The notes beneath the pieces were generated by a model that saw nothing but the letters and a program-made list of their open reading frames with translations, was not told where the DNA came from and did not search any database. A stretch of 64,000 bases of DNA. Origin: Cystobasidiomycetes sp. EMM_F5 (lineage: Eukaryota). Each line of letters opens with the position of its first letter. The first letter of the stretch is position 1. A program made the position numbers and the translations under genes. This document shows, one piece after another, positions 1 to 12,437 of this stretch. The DNA is taken from positions 186,001-250,000 of the forward strand of contig JBPGPT010000004.1 of assembly GCA_051047955.1 (NCBI GenBank), given 5' to 3'.

Positions 1-2007
1 TGCTTGCGACATAACGATACGGGGGCTACCAGCCTTGAAGTGAGGCACAGAGGCTTTGAGCTTTGTCAGAATGTGAGCAATATCGCCAGCTATGCTCTCG
101 GGAGATTGTGCGGGTATCGTTCTAAACTCGACAGTAACCGTGCAGATGGCAGGATACGAGGAAGTCTCGACGCCGCCTGATATTTTTCCACAATGCAACG
201 AGGCTTGTCCCAGTCGATCATCGATGGGGAGACTTTCCGAATACTGACGGAGGGCGTCCAAGAAGTACGAGGCGTTCATAATGGCATCGACACCGTCCGC
301 GGGCCGAGAGCCATGCGCAGCTACACCCAATATGTCTATCTCAATCCACACAAAGCCTTTGTGCCCTGCGCCAAGCTTTAGATCCGTGGGCTCCGTCACA
401 ACACCAGCGTCGGCTGTCCAGCCAGCAGCGAGTACATCCGCGGTGCCAATAGACGCATCTTCCTCGTCGGCAGCGGCAACCACGATGACATCCCCGCGGA
501 GGTGTGTCGAATTCGCTGCATATGCAAGGGCTGTCATAGCTGCAGCCAGCCCGGACTTCATGTCTTGCGATCCCCGGCCGACGATGACCTCCCGCTCGTT
601 ACGCTGTTGCAGCTCACCAGAAAGGGGATTGCCTTCGTACGCGTCATGACTGACTGTATCTAGATGACCATTGAGCATGATTGACTTCCCGCCTCCGCTT
701 CCTTTGACTCGACCGATAATGGAGGGTCGTCCTCTTGTACTTTCGACGCGGCTTTGCTCGATGCCGCGGTGCTCAAACCAAGCTGCGACGAAGTTGGCAA
801 TCTGGACTTCGCCTACGCCTGATGCGGACAAGGTTGGGTTGCTAGAATCGATTTGTACGAGATTTTGGGTTAAAGTGACAACGTCATCTAATGTGACATC
901 GTTAGGCGTAGTGTAAGGGCGCTGGCCCTCTGTGCAGAGGAGGACAACAACGCTGTCCTCGTTCAGCACGCCGTTGTCCGAAGACCCGGCAAGGCAACGC
1001 AGTCCTGCCAAAATGCCCGCTCCACAAGGTCCAGCCTGAATGCTGTGCTTATCTAGATCGCCTACAGCCACATGAGCTTCATAGTCCGACACAGTCAAAC
1101 TGGTATGGAGGTACTTCTTCAGTGATGGCCAGGCTGTAGTCGAAGGCGTTCCGCAATCCATGCCTGTCATGATGGTGTAAGAGGTCCGAATAGAAGTAAG
1201 CTCTCCTGCTTGAAGGCTCTTGTAGAGGCATGCCGCAGTGTCTGGCTCGACGGCAACAATCGTTCGAGCGGCATCAACGGTTTTGCCATACAATGTGACA
1301 GCGTGGGCGAGTGAGCCTACTCCCACCGGAGTAAGCATGACTGAGCACACAAGACCTTGAGTTGCCAGTTGCTCGTCGACCTCGCGCAGCATGGTCGTAT
1401 ACCCTTCCACAATGTATTTAGGAAGTTCTTCGTAGCCTTTGAATGCCGTATCTTGAATGAGCAGACCGTTTGTATTTTTCTGGCTCTCCGCATACGCTTT
1501 CGCAACGGCAGCGTCGTAATCATCGTTATCTTGGTTGACGGTAAATCCAGTAGCTTTCAGCTTGTCCTTGGTATATCCGTCGAGGGTACGGGGCACAAAG
1601 ATGTGCGCCGTTATCCCGAGACTTTGGGCCATGTATGCCACTGCACGACCATGGTTACCGTCTGTCGCAGCATACAATTCAATACGCTGGTCCTGCGACA
1701 ATCGCTTGAGGTCGTCGAGCTTCGTCGAAGTTGGGACTTGGAACCGCTGGCACAGTGCTTTGAACGTTGCCCATGATGCGCCCAGGATCTTGAACGACGG
1801 CAGTCCAGCTCGACAGCTCTCGTCTTTCACAAAGACCGCCTTGACGCCCAATCCCTCCGCGACGTCGGGCAATCCAACGAGCGGAGTCACACGATAACCA
1901 GGCAGACTGCTGTGAAAGGCCTTTAGAGCTTCAGCGTCCAGCTCAGGCCATGATGCCCTTGAATTGGTCGCCTCCAGCTGAGGGTTCTGCCATAGCGGTC
2001 GGCGCAT
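1..2007 (-). CDS. Diaminopropionate ammonia-lyase (PLP fold II) fused to a C-terminal M20/ArgE-type amidohydrolase; 3'-partial, intronless
   Basis: Hand translation: ATG at 2007 (MRRPLWQNP), 669 codons with no stop up to the window edge; absent from the ORF track. Lyase motifs KDESCRAGLPSFKILGASWA, ATDGNHGRAVA, PVGVGS, TIMTGMDCGTPS. M20 motifs from ~890: LVQIDSSNP, LNGHLDTV, GRGSQDMKSG, DEEDASIG, HKGFVWIEI. Confidence 0.92.
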   Translation of the reverse strand, partial: MRRPLWQNPQLEATNSRASWPELDAEALKAFHSSLPGYRVTPLVGLPDVAEGLGVKAVFVKDESCRAGLPSFKILGASWATFKALCQRFQVPTSTKLDDLKRLSQDQRIELYAATDGNHGRAVAYMAQSLGITAHIFVPRTLDGYTKDKLKATGFTVNQDNDDYDAAVAKAYAESQKNTNGLLIQDTAFKGYEELPKYIVEGYTTMLREVDEQLATQGLVCSVMLTPVGVGSLAHAVTLYGKTVDAARTIVAVEPDTAACLYKSLQAGELTSIRTSYTIMTGMDCGTPSTTAWPSLKKYLHTSLTVSDYEAHVAVGDLDKHSIQAGPCGAGILAGLRCLAGSSDNGVLNEDSVVVLLCTEGQRPYTTPNDVTLDDVVTLTQNLVQIDSSNPTLSASGVGEVQIANFVAAWFEHRGIEQSRVESTRGRPSIIGRVKGSGGGKSIMLNGHLDTVSHDAYEGNPLSGELQQRNEREVIVGRGSQDMKSGLAAAMTALAYAANSTHLRGDVIVVAAADEEDASIGTADVLAAGWTADAGVVTEPTDLKLGAGHKGFVWIEIDILGVAAHGSRPADGVDAIMNASYFLDALRQYSESLPIDDRLGQASLHCGKISGGVETSSYPAICTVTVEFRTIPAQSPESIAGDIAHILTKLKASVPHFKAGSPRIVMSQA

Positions 2008-2093
2008 TTGCGACCCGAATGTGGGGAAGTCAGAAACAATTGAAAACTGAATATATGAATTGCTTCAACAGAATCGGGGGTTTATGTCTTCAT

Positions 2094-4919
2094 CTACAAC
2101 GTTCTGACACGGAGGTTCTCTTCGAAACACTGTATAGTATCGCCTTCCTGGAAACCTTCGAAACCCGCCGGAGTCAGGCCACATTCCGACCCTTTGCGGA
2201 CTTCTGTCACTTCGTCCTTCAGATGTTTGAGCGTATCGATCTCGCCGGTAAAGATGATCTCTCTGTCGCGCATGATGCGAACCTTTGCTGATTTCTGTAC
2301 GATACCATTGGTGATTCTGCACCCGGCGACCTTCTTTGGCGCCGCGCCCTTGGGCCTGATTTCGAATATCTGCAAGATGGACGCTTCGCCAAGTACGCGG
2401 TAGTCGTACTGCTTCGGCAGTAGCTCTATCACCCTCTCCTTCACCTGATCGATGAGGCGGTAAATCACGTCATTGACGAGGATTGTAACGCCTGCTGCAG
2501 TCGCAGAAGCCTGCATATTGCGGGATGCTTTGAGATTGAAACCAATCATGACGCCTGAATGCGTGACGAGGCGAGGTCGCAAAGTCAGCCATTCACTCAG
2601 ACAAACAATCGAAAGCGCTTCATACCGTCAACAGCTTTGGCTAGACTAAGATCGCCGTCGGTGAACTCGCCCGCAGCAGCGTGAATAATCTTGACGCCCG
2701 CTTCATAATTGCCTATCTCGGCAAGAGCCGCCGATACGGCCTCGACAGTACCGTTGAAATCGGCCTTGACAATGAGACGCAGTTCTTTCCGTCCGCTGTC
2801 CGAAGTTTCGTACGCAGAGGCGATAGGAGCAGCTTTGTCGCTCGAATTTCCTCGCTGTGCCTCCTTCTGTTGCTTCACTGCAATTGCCGTCTCTGATTCC
2901 AATCTACGCCGCTCGTTTATGATTTCCAGATCGCCCAAGTCCTTCTGCGACTCCGCTTTACGCTTTCGGTTGTCAATAGCCTTCTTGGCATCCTCCTCGG
3001 AGGTCGCTTCAAGAACTTCTTCACCAGCCTCAGGAAGATCACGCCAGCCAGTGACCTGAACAGGCATCCCCGGTAGAGCTGTACTGGCCGTCGCACCATT
3101 TTCAACAAACAGCTGGCGAACCTTGCCGAAAGTGGTCCCAGCGATGATGCATGCGCCCACTTTCAGAGTTCCTCTCGTGACGACGACAGTCGCGACGTTG
3201 CCTCTCCCCAGCTCCTTCTGAGATTCGATGACTCTGGCCTCGCAGGCTACACCCTCTTGCTCTGCCCGTAAATCTCGGATCTCAGCCACTGTCGAAATGG
3301 TCTCTACTAGATCGTCAAGGCCGTCTTTTGTGTGTGCCGAGACTGCAACACAGGGTACATCGCCACCAAGCTGTTCCACTTCGATACCACGAGCGAATAG
3401 CTCATTGTGTACGCGAGCCTAGCAGACGAACAGTCAGGCTACAAAAGAACGCAAGTCCCAACAGCAAGGTTGCTCACAATATCCACCTGAGGCTTGTCGC
3501 ATTTTGTTATTGCCACGACAAGTCCGACGTCCTCATTCTTGATGAGCTTAATCACCTCCTCGGTCTGTGGCTTGACACCATCATCCGCAGCAACGACCAG
3601 AACTACAATGTCTGTGACTGCAGCTCCTCTCGATCGCATTGCAGTGAACGCAGCGTGTCCGGGCGTGTCCAAGAACGTCACAGTCGCCTCAGAATCACCT
3701 TGTGCAACAACCTTTTCACCCCTCAACAGAGCCAATGGTACGTTGAAAGCACCGATATGCTGCGTTATGCCACCAGCTTCCCCCGCTGCGACTTTGGTAG
3801 ACCGCAAAGCATCCAACAGCGAAGTTTTGCCATGATCAACGTGACCCATAATTGTAACGATTGGCGGTCTCAGCGGCACCTTTGAGGTGTCTTGTGCAGG
3901 AGGGCTGAGACACATACGGGTTGAGGCTCGATACACAGGTTAGGAAACAAAATATCTACTCACCTAGGATAAATGTCAAAGGCCGCCTCATCATCAACCA
4001 CGACTTCGTAGCCAAGTTCAGTCGCAACCAGACCGGCATCCTCAATGTTGAGCACTAATCACAATTGTCTCGATGAGAACAGTTCTGCAAATTTCTGACA
4101 TGGGAACCTACGTCTGTCAGGCCGTAAGTCTGTCATGCCCATACGCTCCATGAGCATTTGTAAACGAGCTGGAGAGGAAGACGGAATTAGCAAGACTCGG
4201 CATTTAGAATGTCTTTCGCTCCTACCTTGCTTCAGGCCAAGGACACGAGCAAGCGTTGCTAGCGACGTTATACTTGCGATCTCGACTTTGCGCTGCGGGC
4301 GTCTCGTTTTTCCTTGTATACGTTTATTAAGTCTTCTAGCAGGTAGCATTTGACGAGGAAGTGGCGGTCTCTGATGTGAAATCGAAGAGTTCCCTTGGGG
4401 ATAGTTACGGACTTCTGTAGCATGTCCTTTCTTTGCAGCTTCTGCCGCCGCAGCAGCTCTCCGCTGGGCAGCCAATGCAGCGATAGCACTCCCAGATCCA
4501 TAATTTACGTTTCTTCGTTTGGCGGGTTCAGCATCCGCACTACGGTCAGCAGCGACGGGAGGAGATTGACGAGGCTGCTGCATCTGTTGCGGCCTCTGTA
4601 TGACCTGCGGAGCTCTAGGCTGTCCATAATTTTGGTTTGATTTGATGCGATTAATCCAAGACGACGACCCAGCTGCTGAAGCTTGACCAGCATCTCGAGG
4701 TTGCCAGTCTGGTCGCGGAGCTTGACGGGGTACATATCGGTCATGCTGGCTGCGGAAGTTTGGAGGTGGTGGTCGCCGTAAAGAATTCAAGTCTGGCCTG
4801 CTCGTCGTGGCTGTTGAAGTGCTGGCGCTGCTGCTGCTACCAGAGTACGATGACTGGTGTCGCACAGACTGGCGCCGTGCGCTTTGACGGCATGCCTGGC
4901 AGACGATACATGAATTCAT
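2094..4919 (-). CDS. IFM1: Mitochondrial translation initiation factor IF-2 (multi-exon)
   Basis: [36 protein letters not shown] GTPase motifs; C-terminal IF2 domain IV ([10 protein letters not shown]); Arg/Ser-rich presequence-like N-terminus. Confidence 0.93.
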
Positions 4920-5264
4920 AGCGTCGTTGCAAGAAAAGAAAGAAAGAAAGCCACGAGCAAGAAGAGCCAAGGCTGACAAGAGTCGTAGTAATTTGCGATA
5001 CATTGTGATCAACAGGGTACACCAGTCTGGTACTCTTACACGCATGTGTTGTGCTTCTCTTTCACTTTCTGTCTCTGCTTGCGAGCTGAGGTATGAACGC
5101 GTGATTTGCTCAATATCGTGGATCGAATTTCGACATTGTCAGGACAGTCTCAATGCAGCTCCATGCCGTCGACCTGATCTTCGGCGGCACTCTCGTGAGC
5201 GGAGAACGACTGCGCAAGTCCAGAGGTGGGAGGCGGGGAAGCTGCAGAAGCGGAACATCAGCAT

Positions 5265-6299
5265 CTAACGAGGAGGATGAAGTATGTACCTGAGGAAGTC
5301 ACACTCACAGGTTCCACCGATGGCAGTACCCTCAGAGTCTGAGGTTCTCCGCATCTGCTGCTTGCCGACTTGATTGCCAGTCGTTGCGGAGACCATCTGA
5401 GGCTGACCAATCGAGCCCGTGCTTGTAGTGGGCGACGTTGCACTCGCCTCGCGTTCCAGGCGATTGACGAGGCCCGATTGACCTCCTGCATTGGGCGCAC
5501 TGGCACCAGCGAGTTGGGAATGGATGGGGAACGATCCGGTCGATCTGGACGGAGATGTTGCTAGGGACTGTCCGACACCAATCCGTCCTGGAGACATGGA
5601 CATGTTGATGCTGCTCTCGGGAGCAGGAAAGGTCGAGGACTGAACAGCAGATGGTGATGTCTGGCCTCCCCCGATGGGAATCGAGCCAGCTGGAGTACCG
5701 ACAGGGTTTACGGAGCTTCCGAAAGGTATACTTCCCATTGGAGTACCTAGCGGGGTACCGGTTGGTGGTGATCCGCTACCAGTTGCGCTTGTTGGGGACG
5801 TTACAGATGAAACCGGGGTCGGCGAAGCATGGGGAATAGCGTCGGGTGTAGGTCGTTCTTTACCCAGAGACGACATTGATACTTTGCCAGCCTTGGCGAG
5901 GGCATGGTCACCAGAGTCTGCGCAGGGGAGTGTGGTCAGGGATGTCCAGAAACGCGGCTGGCGTTCAACACGCACCAAAGTACTTGCGTTCCTGTAACGA
6001 AGGAAGCAAAGGACGAGCAATCACAGCCCCGCAACCAACATCAGCAATAGTTTGCACTGAATCAGGCTGGGTGGAGAGGTGCCAGGTACAGCCGGCGATA
6101 TCGACCAACGAGACCCACCTGGTTTCGTGCTACGGGCCTGGACGGCAGCTTGCCATACATGCGAAAGGCCTGCTGCTCGGCTGGGGTGAGCTTGGAGATG
6201 TCGACCTTGTTTCTGCGGACAGCCGTGATATGAGCTCGCAGTGTTCGCATGACCTCAGCTTAAACTTGACATATAGGCGCACCTCTGAGCTGGCAGCAT
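5265..6299 (-). CDS. Endosulfine/Igo1-family PP2A-B55 inhibitor with a long Ser/Thr/Pro-rich tail
   Basis: Spliced translation MLPAQR|NKVDISKLTPAEQQAFRMYGKLP...|ERKYF|DSGDHALAKAG matches the ENSA KYFDSGDY motif; 16-nt exon at 5976-5991; 3' end uncertain. Confidence 0.85.
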
Positions 6300-6885
6300 G
6301 GCGGGCAGGTCTCAGCACCCGAGTGCAGTGCAGGCTGGCTGGTCCACGATATCCAAGTCCCGGTCAGAGTATGCCCCCGTACTTTGCTGCCAGGCTGATC
6401 CCCAGCAACGTCTTTGAGCGTGGCTCTGTATACGCCCACGTTTGAGCTGACGACTGACGCGGTTGACGAGGCTGATATGTTCTGACTGAGCCTGGCTGAG
6501 ATTGCAATATTCTTTGATGGTGGCCGCTGTCGTCAAAGTACCCAGAGATAGCCTGCAGTCTGGCGCTAGTACGTAGTGGCGACCCGGTGCTGACACTGAC
6601 AATGCAAAAGGACGACAAGGTGCTGGAGATATGTGTTTACGGATCTAATGAAGACTCTGGATGACTCCTGGCGTTTGCTTAGGCAACGGTCGAATGTCAC
6701 TGTCGATAACTGAGGCGGCGAAATCACAGATATCACAGCCCACGTCCAGGCTGTACACCTCTAACCCTGCCATCCACGCTCAGATCTGTCTCTGTATCTA
6801 TCGTCTAACCCCAACTTATCTTGTCTTGACTGCAAGTCTCTGGCTCCACCGCCGAGATTACTACCGTCTCCACGATCAGACAGAG

Positions 6886-7391
6886 ATGCGCAAACCTCTC
6901 GCTGTGGTAGAGCAACTGCCTCTGCCAACCTTTCTGTCAGGCAAGGCTCAACCTAAGACTGTAAGCATCCATTTCCGTTTGGAGCCGCTCTCTCAACAGC
7001 TCAACGGCATAAACAACAGGGCACGTTCCACTGTGAATACATTCATCCCATCGTACAATCCCAACAGATGCCAGCCATACGATTTTTTCAAGTGAAGCGG
7101 AACAAGCGTGGGGCAATGTCCGCAATAACACGAGAATACATTCGACCGGACCCTGCTACAGGCCTCCCTCCAACCGTCATGCATCTTCATTCAACAGATC
7201 CAGCATACCAGGTCGTGAAACAGCGACTCGATGAACAACTGACGACATTGGCGAGATATCGTGACACTCACTTGGAACCTTGGTGTCAAGTCACATACAA
7301 CTGCAAGGCAGGTACCCTCTCTGCTCTAACAGTAGGGGAGACGACTTTTACATTGAGGCAAGCACGGCGCAACAGCTTCAAACCAGCATAG
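6886..7391 (+). CDS. Hypothetical protein (~148 aa, 2 exons)
   Basis: ATG 6886; GTAAGC...ACAG intron 6961-7019 joins in frame to ORF 7068-7391; no recognisable family. Confidence 0.5.
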
Positions 7392-7631
7392 AGTTCTCGC
7401 TACGCGACTTCGTGTTGTCCTGTTGCGAATAAGATCAACAACGTCAAGATCCCGTGCATTATAGCCAGTCTCGCCTCACACAATCTAGTGATACTGGCAA
7501 GCGTGCTGGATCGTATAGATAGAACGAACGTTTGCAGTACACCTCCGCCCAATACCTCTACTGTACATCTAGAGCACGCCAACCCTGTAGTGACCAATAG
7601 CACTCGAGAAACATGCCCCGTTTTCACAGTC

Positions 7632-10600
7632 TCATGCTCCCATGGCTGCGGGACCCACCCAGCTGAAACTTGCAAATTCTCGCTGATCTGCCGCAGACAG
7701 CTGACTGTGTACAGGCGTCAACGTCGGCTGTTCGCGCGTGAACTCCTGGTCAAAGTTGGATGTATCCAGCGGCCCTTTGATCGTAGGGAAGTAGGGGGCA
7801 GGGATGCGCTTGTGGAACACATCGTCCCAGCTGATACCCTTGAAGAATATGTGTGCCTTGATGTCATCTGCGTCGTTGGGGCCAGCACCTAAGCGTTGCT
7901 CGGGATCGCGAATCAACAGCTGCTGCAAGATGGACACGGAAGCTCGCGGCATGTGAATCGGGTAGAGAGGCTCGTCTTCCAAGATAGCATCGAATATCTC
8001 ATCTTCATCATCACCTCGGAACGGTGACTGTCCGAGTAGCATTTCGTAAATGAGCACGCCAAATGCCCACCAGTCGACGGCACGTCCGTATCGCTTCTCG
8101 AGCAGAATTTCAGGAGCCATGAATTCCGGTGTACCACAGAATGTGGAGGTGGTATTGCCATACCACATATTTTCTTTGCATAGACCATAATCGGCCAGCT
8201 TGACGTGGCCGTCTAAAGTGAGAAGAATATTGTCCAGCTTGAGATCTCGATACACTATTCCTTGCTTGTGGAAGTACTCCAAGGCCAGTAGAACTTCGCA
8301 AGCGTAGTATTGCGCTCTTCGACGTGTGAATGGCTCACGCTGAATATGCAGCATGAGATCGCCACCCGAAATGTATTCCATGCTGCGCACCAAAGTCAGC
8401 ATGCGGCGCTTTTAGCGAGACAATCTCCACCTACACAAAGTATATACGCGTCTCCGTCTGGAAGCACGAGTGGAGGTCAAGAAGGAAAGGATGACGTTCG
8501 CGAGCCGCAGCCAAAAATACGCGCTTCTCGCTTTTAGTGCTCTCGACCTCATCGTTCTCGATGATGAATTCCTTCTTTAGTACCTTGATAGCCCACAGTC
8601 TGTTTGACCGTTTCTCTTCGGCAAGCATGACCTTTCCAAAGTTACCCTTACCCAGGACAGCCAGAAAGTTGAAATCATCCAAGCCAACCTTCCTTGCGAC
8701 TTGTGACATGCGCGCCTTCACTGGTGATTGCGACGGAATTTGACGTTGCTGTGTTTGCTGCGATGCAGAAGTAGGGCCGGCCGAAGCGGGACTCTGCGCC
8801 TGCTGCTGCTGTTGCTGCTGCTGTTGGATATATGACATGCGCTGTTGCGCGGCAGGGCGATGCTCACCGTGTTGCGGCTGACGCGTGTCGACTTGCATTA
8901 TGTGAGATGGCGACGGCGGCGGTATTCTTTGCTGGATTTGCGAACTTGGATCTGGCAAACTTGCCTGGGGCATGGGCAGAGTAGGCTTTGCGGCCTGCCC
9001 TGCTCCGCTTGGCGGTAACTCATACACATTTTGTGGGGTAGGAGGCTGCATTCTAGCTTGCTGAGGTTGCTGTGGTTGCATTTGCGGCTGGATCTGCTGT
9101 TCCGGAGGTACTTGTGCAGGCCGTTGCTGCTGAGATTGACGGAGATCGTTCTGAATTTGCCCGGTATACATGGCAGATTGCGGAGAAGGCATCGCACCAG
9201 GCGGAAGGCCAGTGTATGACAAGCGATTCTGAGAAGTTGGTCGTTGCTCAGCTGATACTGGGAGTGGATATTGATTGCGTGGGTCCTGAGGAATTGGCAC
9301 GCGACCAAGGGGCATACCCAGTGGTGGCATTCCGCCAACGCCAGGCTGTCTAGGCCCCTGAGGTCGAGGGTCTCCACCAGGCTGACCACCAGCAGAGGTC
9401 GAACCTGCGAGTAAAGGCTGCTGGTGTACCTGAGGAGCAGCGGGCGCGTACCTACCAGGTGATTGCTGCATCTGCATCTGCTGCTGATACTGCTGCGGTT
9501 GAATATTCTGTTGTGAGAAATTCTGCTGCTGCTGATATGGAGGCATCTGCTGCTTGCCAGGAGGCGGAGCCTGTATCTGCGGAGGGACCCGCTTGTACGG
9601 GTCCAGCTGCATTCGGCCAGCCCCATCAGCAAGCATCGCATCAGATTGCGAGCCTGGCGGCAGTCGTGAAGTGGGAGAAGGAGGTACTTGATTGTTGTAC
9701 CGCGGGCCTGGCAAAGTGCCGGTCGTCCGGGTCTTGTTAATATTGCGGATGTCGCCGATGAGCTGGCGTGCCATTTCCATCGACATGCCGCAGAAGTCGG
9801 GAACAAGATGAGCGCAGTCAGCGTGACAACAAAGCCCACACTCTGCATATGTGGTTGCGTCAGCAAAGGCTTGTCCTTTGGGAAAGAAGCTAACAGTCTC
9901 ACCTGAACATTTGCGTGACTTTTTCCGACTGAGCGGCACAATCTGTCCGCAATGGCAACACCAACTTGGCGACAGGGTCGTCATAGGCTCGAAGCGATGT
10001 GGAATGCGATGATTGATCTTATCGCCATCCTAAGGCGAAGGCATCAGCGTAATGTCCTGATATAGCCTTGGTTCGCGACTTACGTTGTCATTGCTGCTCT
10101 TGCTGATGCACTTTGTGACTACCTTGTCGTAGCACTTCTTGTGGCAGGTGTACCGGCAGTCTTCACACTGCATACCAGCTGCTTTGAGCAGGAATTCCTG
10201 GCAGAAAGCACAAAGCACGACGCCATAAAATTGCTTTTGAACAAATTTATGTCCATTCTGCTCCATGACCTCCTCTTTACGCTTCCGCACCGCTGCTTGA
10301 CGCTGCAGACCACCGGCATCAAACGGCCGCTTACGCAAGTTGGTTTTTGCTAGAGATTGACTGACGTTCAGCCCACTTTCAAGCACTTTAGCCAACTATC
10401 CTCACCAAAGTTGAGATGAAGATCTATCTGGCCTGCTGGCTCGACGGTAAACCACGCATCGATGCCATCCACAGCAGTTCCAGGGCGGGCAGCGGCAGTT
10501 TGCAGGTTTTGCTGCATCTGACCAGCTACCGTAGTGTCTAAGCCATGTGAGCCGCCCATTGATCCCGTATGAGCGTGTCCGCCAGGGTGAGGATGCATAT

Positions 10601-12100
10601 GGGCGATGGTACCAGGAGTATCGCCTTCCATACCAGCAGCTGTCACCCACCCTGCGCCCGCCTCGGCTCCGACCTTCTTTCTTCTGAGTTCGTCGGCAAG
10701 ATCACTTAGTCGGATCCATAGCATACCTATCGGAGTTGGTGGCTCATTGCCAGGCGGCTTGTCATAAATAGTCACCTCGACCTCGTTCGCCTTGTCTACA
10801 TGTAGCTCGAACTCTTCATTCCAGCGGTCTGTGCGGGAAGGATGTGTGCGCGCCCTTGGCGTGTCTTCAACCTTGACCACTACGACCGTCTCCGTAGGCT
10901 TGCGCTTGTTTGATGGCAGGTGGTCCAAGTCGCGGCAGGATTTGATGACGATCTGTAACGTGCCTGACACTGGCTTTCTATCAAGTCCTGTCGCATCATC
11001 GCCTTGTAGGACTATCGCATGCCTGTCAGAATTGAATGAATAGCTTGGTGATACGGTCCTTACCATCTTCGTCATCGAAAACGCCGCCCATGATGTCGAG
11101 GGTCTTGTATCGCTTCAGGGCGGTCTCAAGCAGGTCTTTCTTGCCCTTGCTTTCTATACGTTTTGCTTCAGCGTCCGATCGTGCCTTTTTATCTCCCTCA
11201 AACTGAGCATAGAGTATCAGTATGCAACACAAGTCGGCGAATGTCTCGTTAGCAACACACCTGATATAGCTTGGCCATCTTTTCGATACCCTGCATGTAC
11301 TCCTTTTCAACACGAAGCTTGAATTCTAGCTGATTCAGCATCTTGCTGATTTTTGCCGAATTGAGCGGAGTATCGTATTTGATCAGGTCTGTGTATATCA
11401 TGTTACCTGCAAGGCACCCTGCATTTAGGCAGACATGACGCACCAAGATGGGTATGATTAGGTCGCCTTCTCATCGATAATGCCGGACCAGGAACGCGCG
11501 GTTGAGCTCGTGCAGGCCCTACGCCATTACTCGCATCGTTGTACGGCGTTGGCGGCAAGACGCGATTGCGCGAATTATTTGATGGAACGGATGTAGCGGT
11601 AGACAAGGCAGATGGGGCCCGGGACGATGAAGAACCTGCATAGGACGACGACCCAGAGTTGCCAGGTGCCGGTCCGTCCAGTTGTCCCACGTAGCCTTGC
11701 ATCAACGGTACCTGAGACTGTGCCGGGGCATTGTTCCCGCTCTGCTCGCCAGCAGCGGACGCATAGTCTCTCCGCTTCTGGAGTTCGTGCAGAGACTGCT
11801 CAAACCACTGTATCGACTTTTCCGAGTCGCGTATCTTTGCCTGAATCTGGGTGCGAATGTCCTGGTTTGTCGTTGCCGCAGCCATTGCCCGGAACCCGTC
11901 AATCATCTTGCGCTCATTCTGTATACGCTTGTAGACGTCGGCTACGCGTTCGTTGAGGTTGGCGTAGCTTGCTTGACCGGAATTCGACGACGCCTGCAGC
12001 GCCCAGGTGCGGCATCACATCGGAAATGGTTTCGAACGCAGAGTCGTCAATGGCTTCAGCGGGCAGCTTTGTACGCTGGATGGCACTTCGTACGCACCAT
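7632..12100 (-). CDS. PKC1: Protein kinase C (HR1-HR1-C2-C1-C1-kinase)
   Basis: HR1 repeats, C2 ([18 protein letters not shown]), pseudosubstrate [12 protein letters not shown]1 HKFVQKQF...C, kinase [38 protein letters not shown] tail NFDQEFT. The first exon appears to be the ATG alone. Confidence 0.96.
8801..8826 (-). repeat. CAG/CAA microsatellite encoding poly-Gln in the PKC1 linker
   Basis: tgctgctgctgttgctgctgctgttg on the + strand encodes the Q run in the Gln/Pro-rich hinge. Confidence 0.8.
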
Positions 12101-12437
12101 ATTGACGTGTCAAGCCCGCAACTTGCTCAATCCGAGCCAGCCGCACTTTATCGATTTCGTTGCTGCTGCCTGCGCGCTGGCTGAGCGCAACTCGAATGTC
12201 GACGTATAGTCTGAGCTTGAGCAGGCTTATACCGACTTCCAGCTGGAGTTGCTGCAAGTTCAGATCAAGACTCTTTCTCTGGCAGCCTAGGTGTTTGTCG
12301 AAGGGCAAAGAGAGTCCATAATGGCCAAACATATCGGCTTTTGAAAGGTCACAACGGATGCAACTTTGGCGGACGGCTGATTCAACTAAGCGTTTGCGAT
12401 ACTGACTTCAAATTGGCCTGGCCGCGGATCTGCTGCC

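Noticed and set aside
8898..9941. 347-aa alternative-frame ORF overlapping PKC1
   Set aside because: Ser/Cys/Leu-rich shadow of the CAG-rich linker; no independent protein features.
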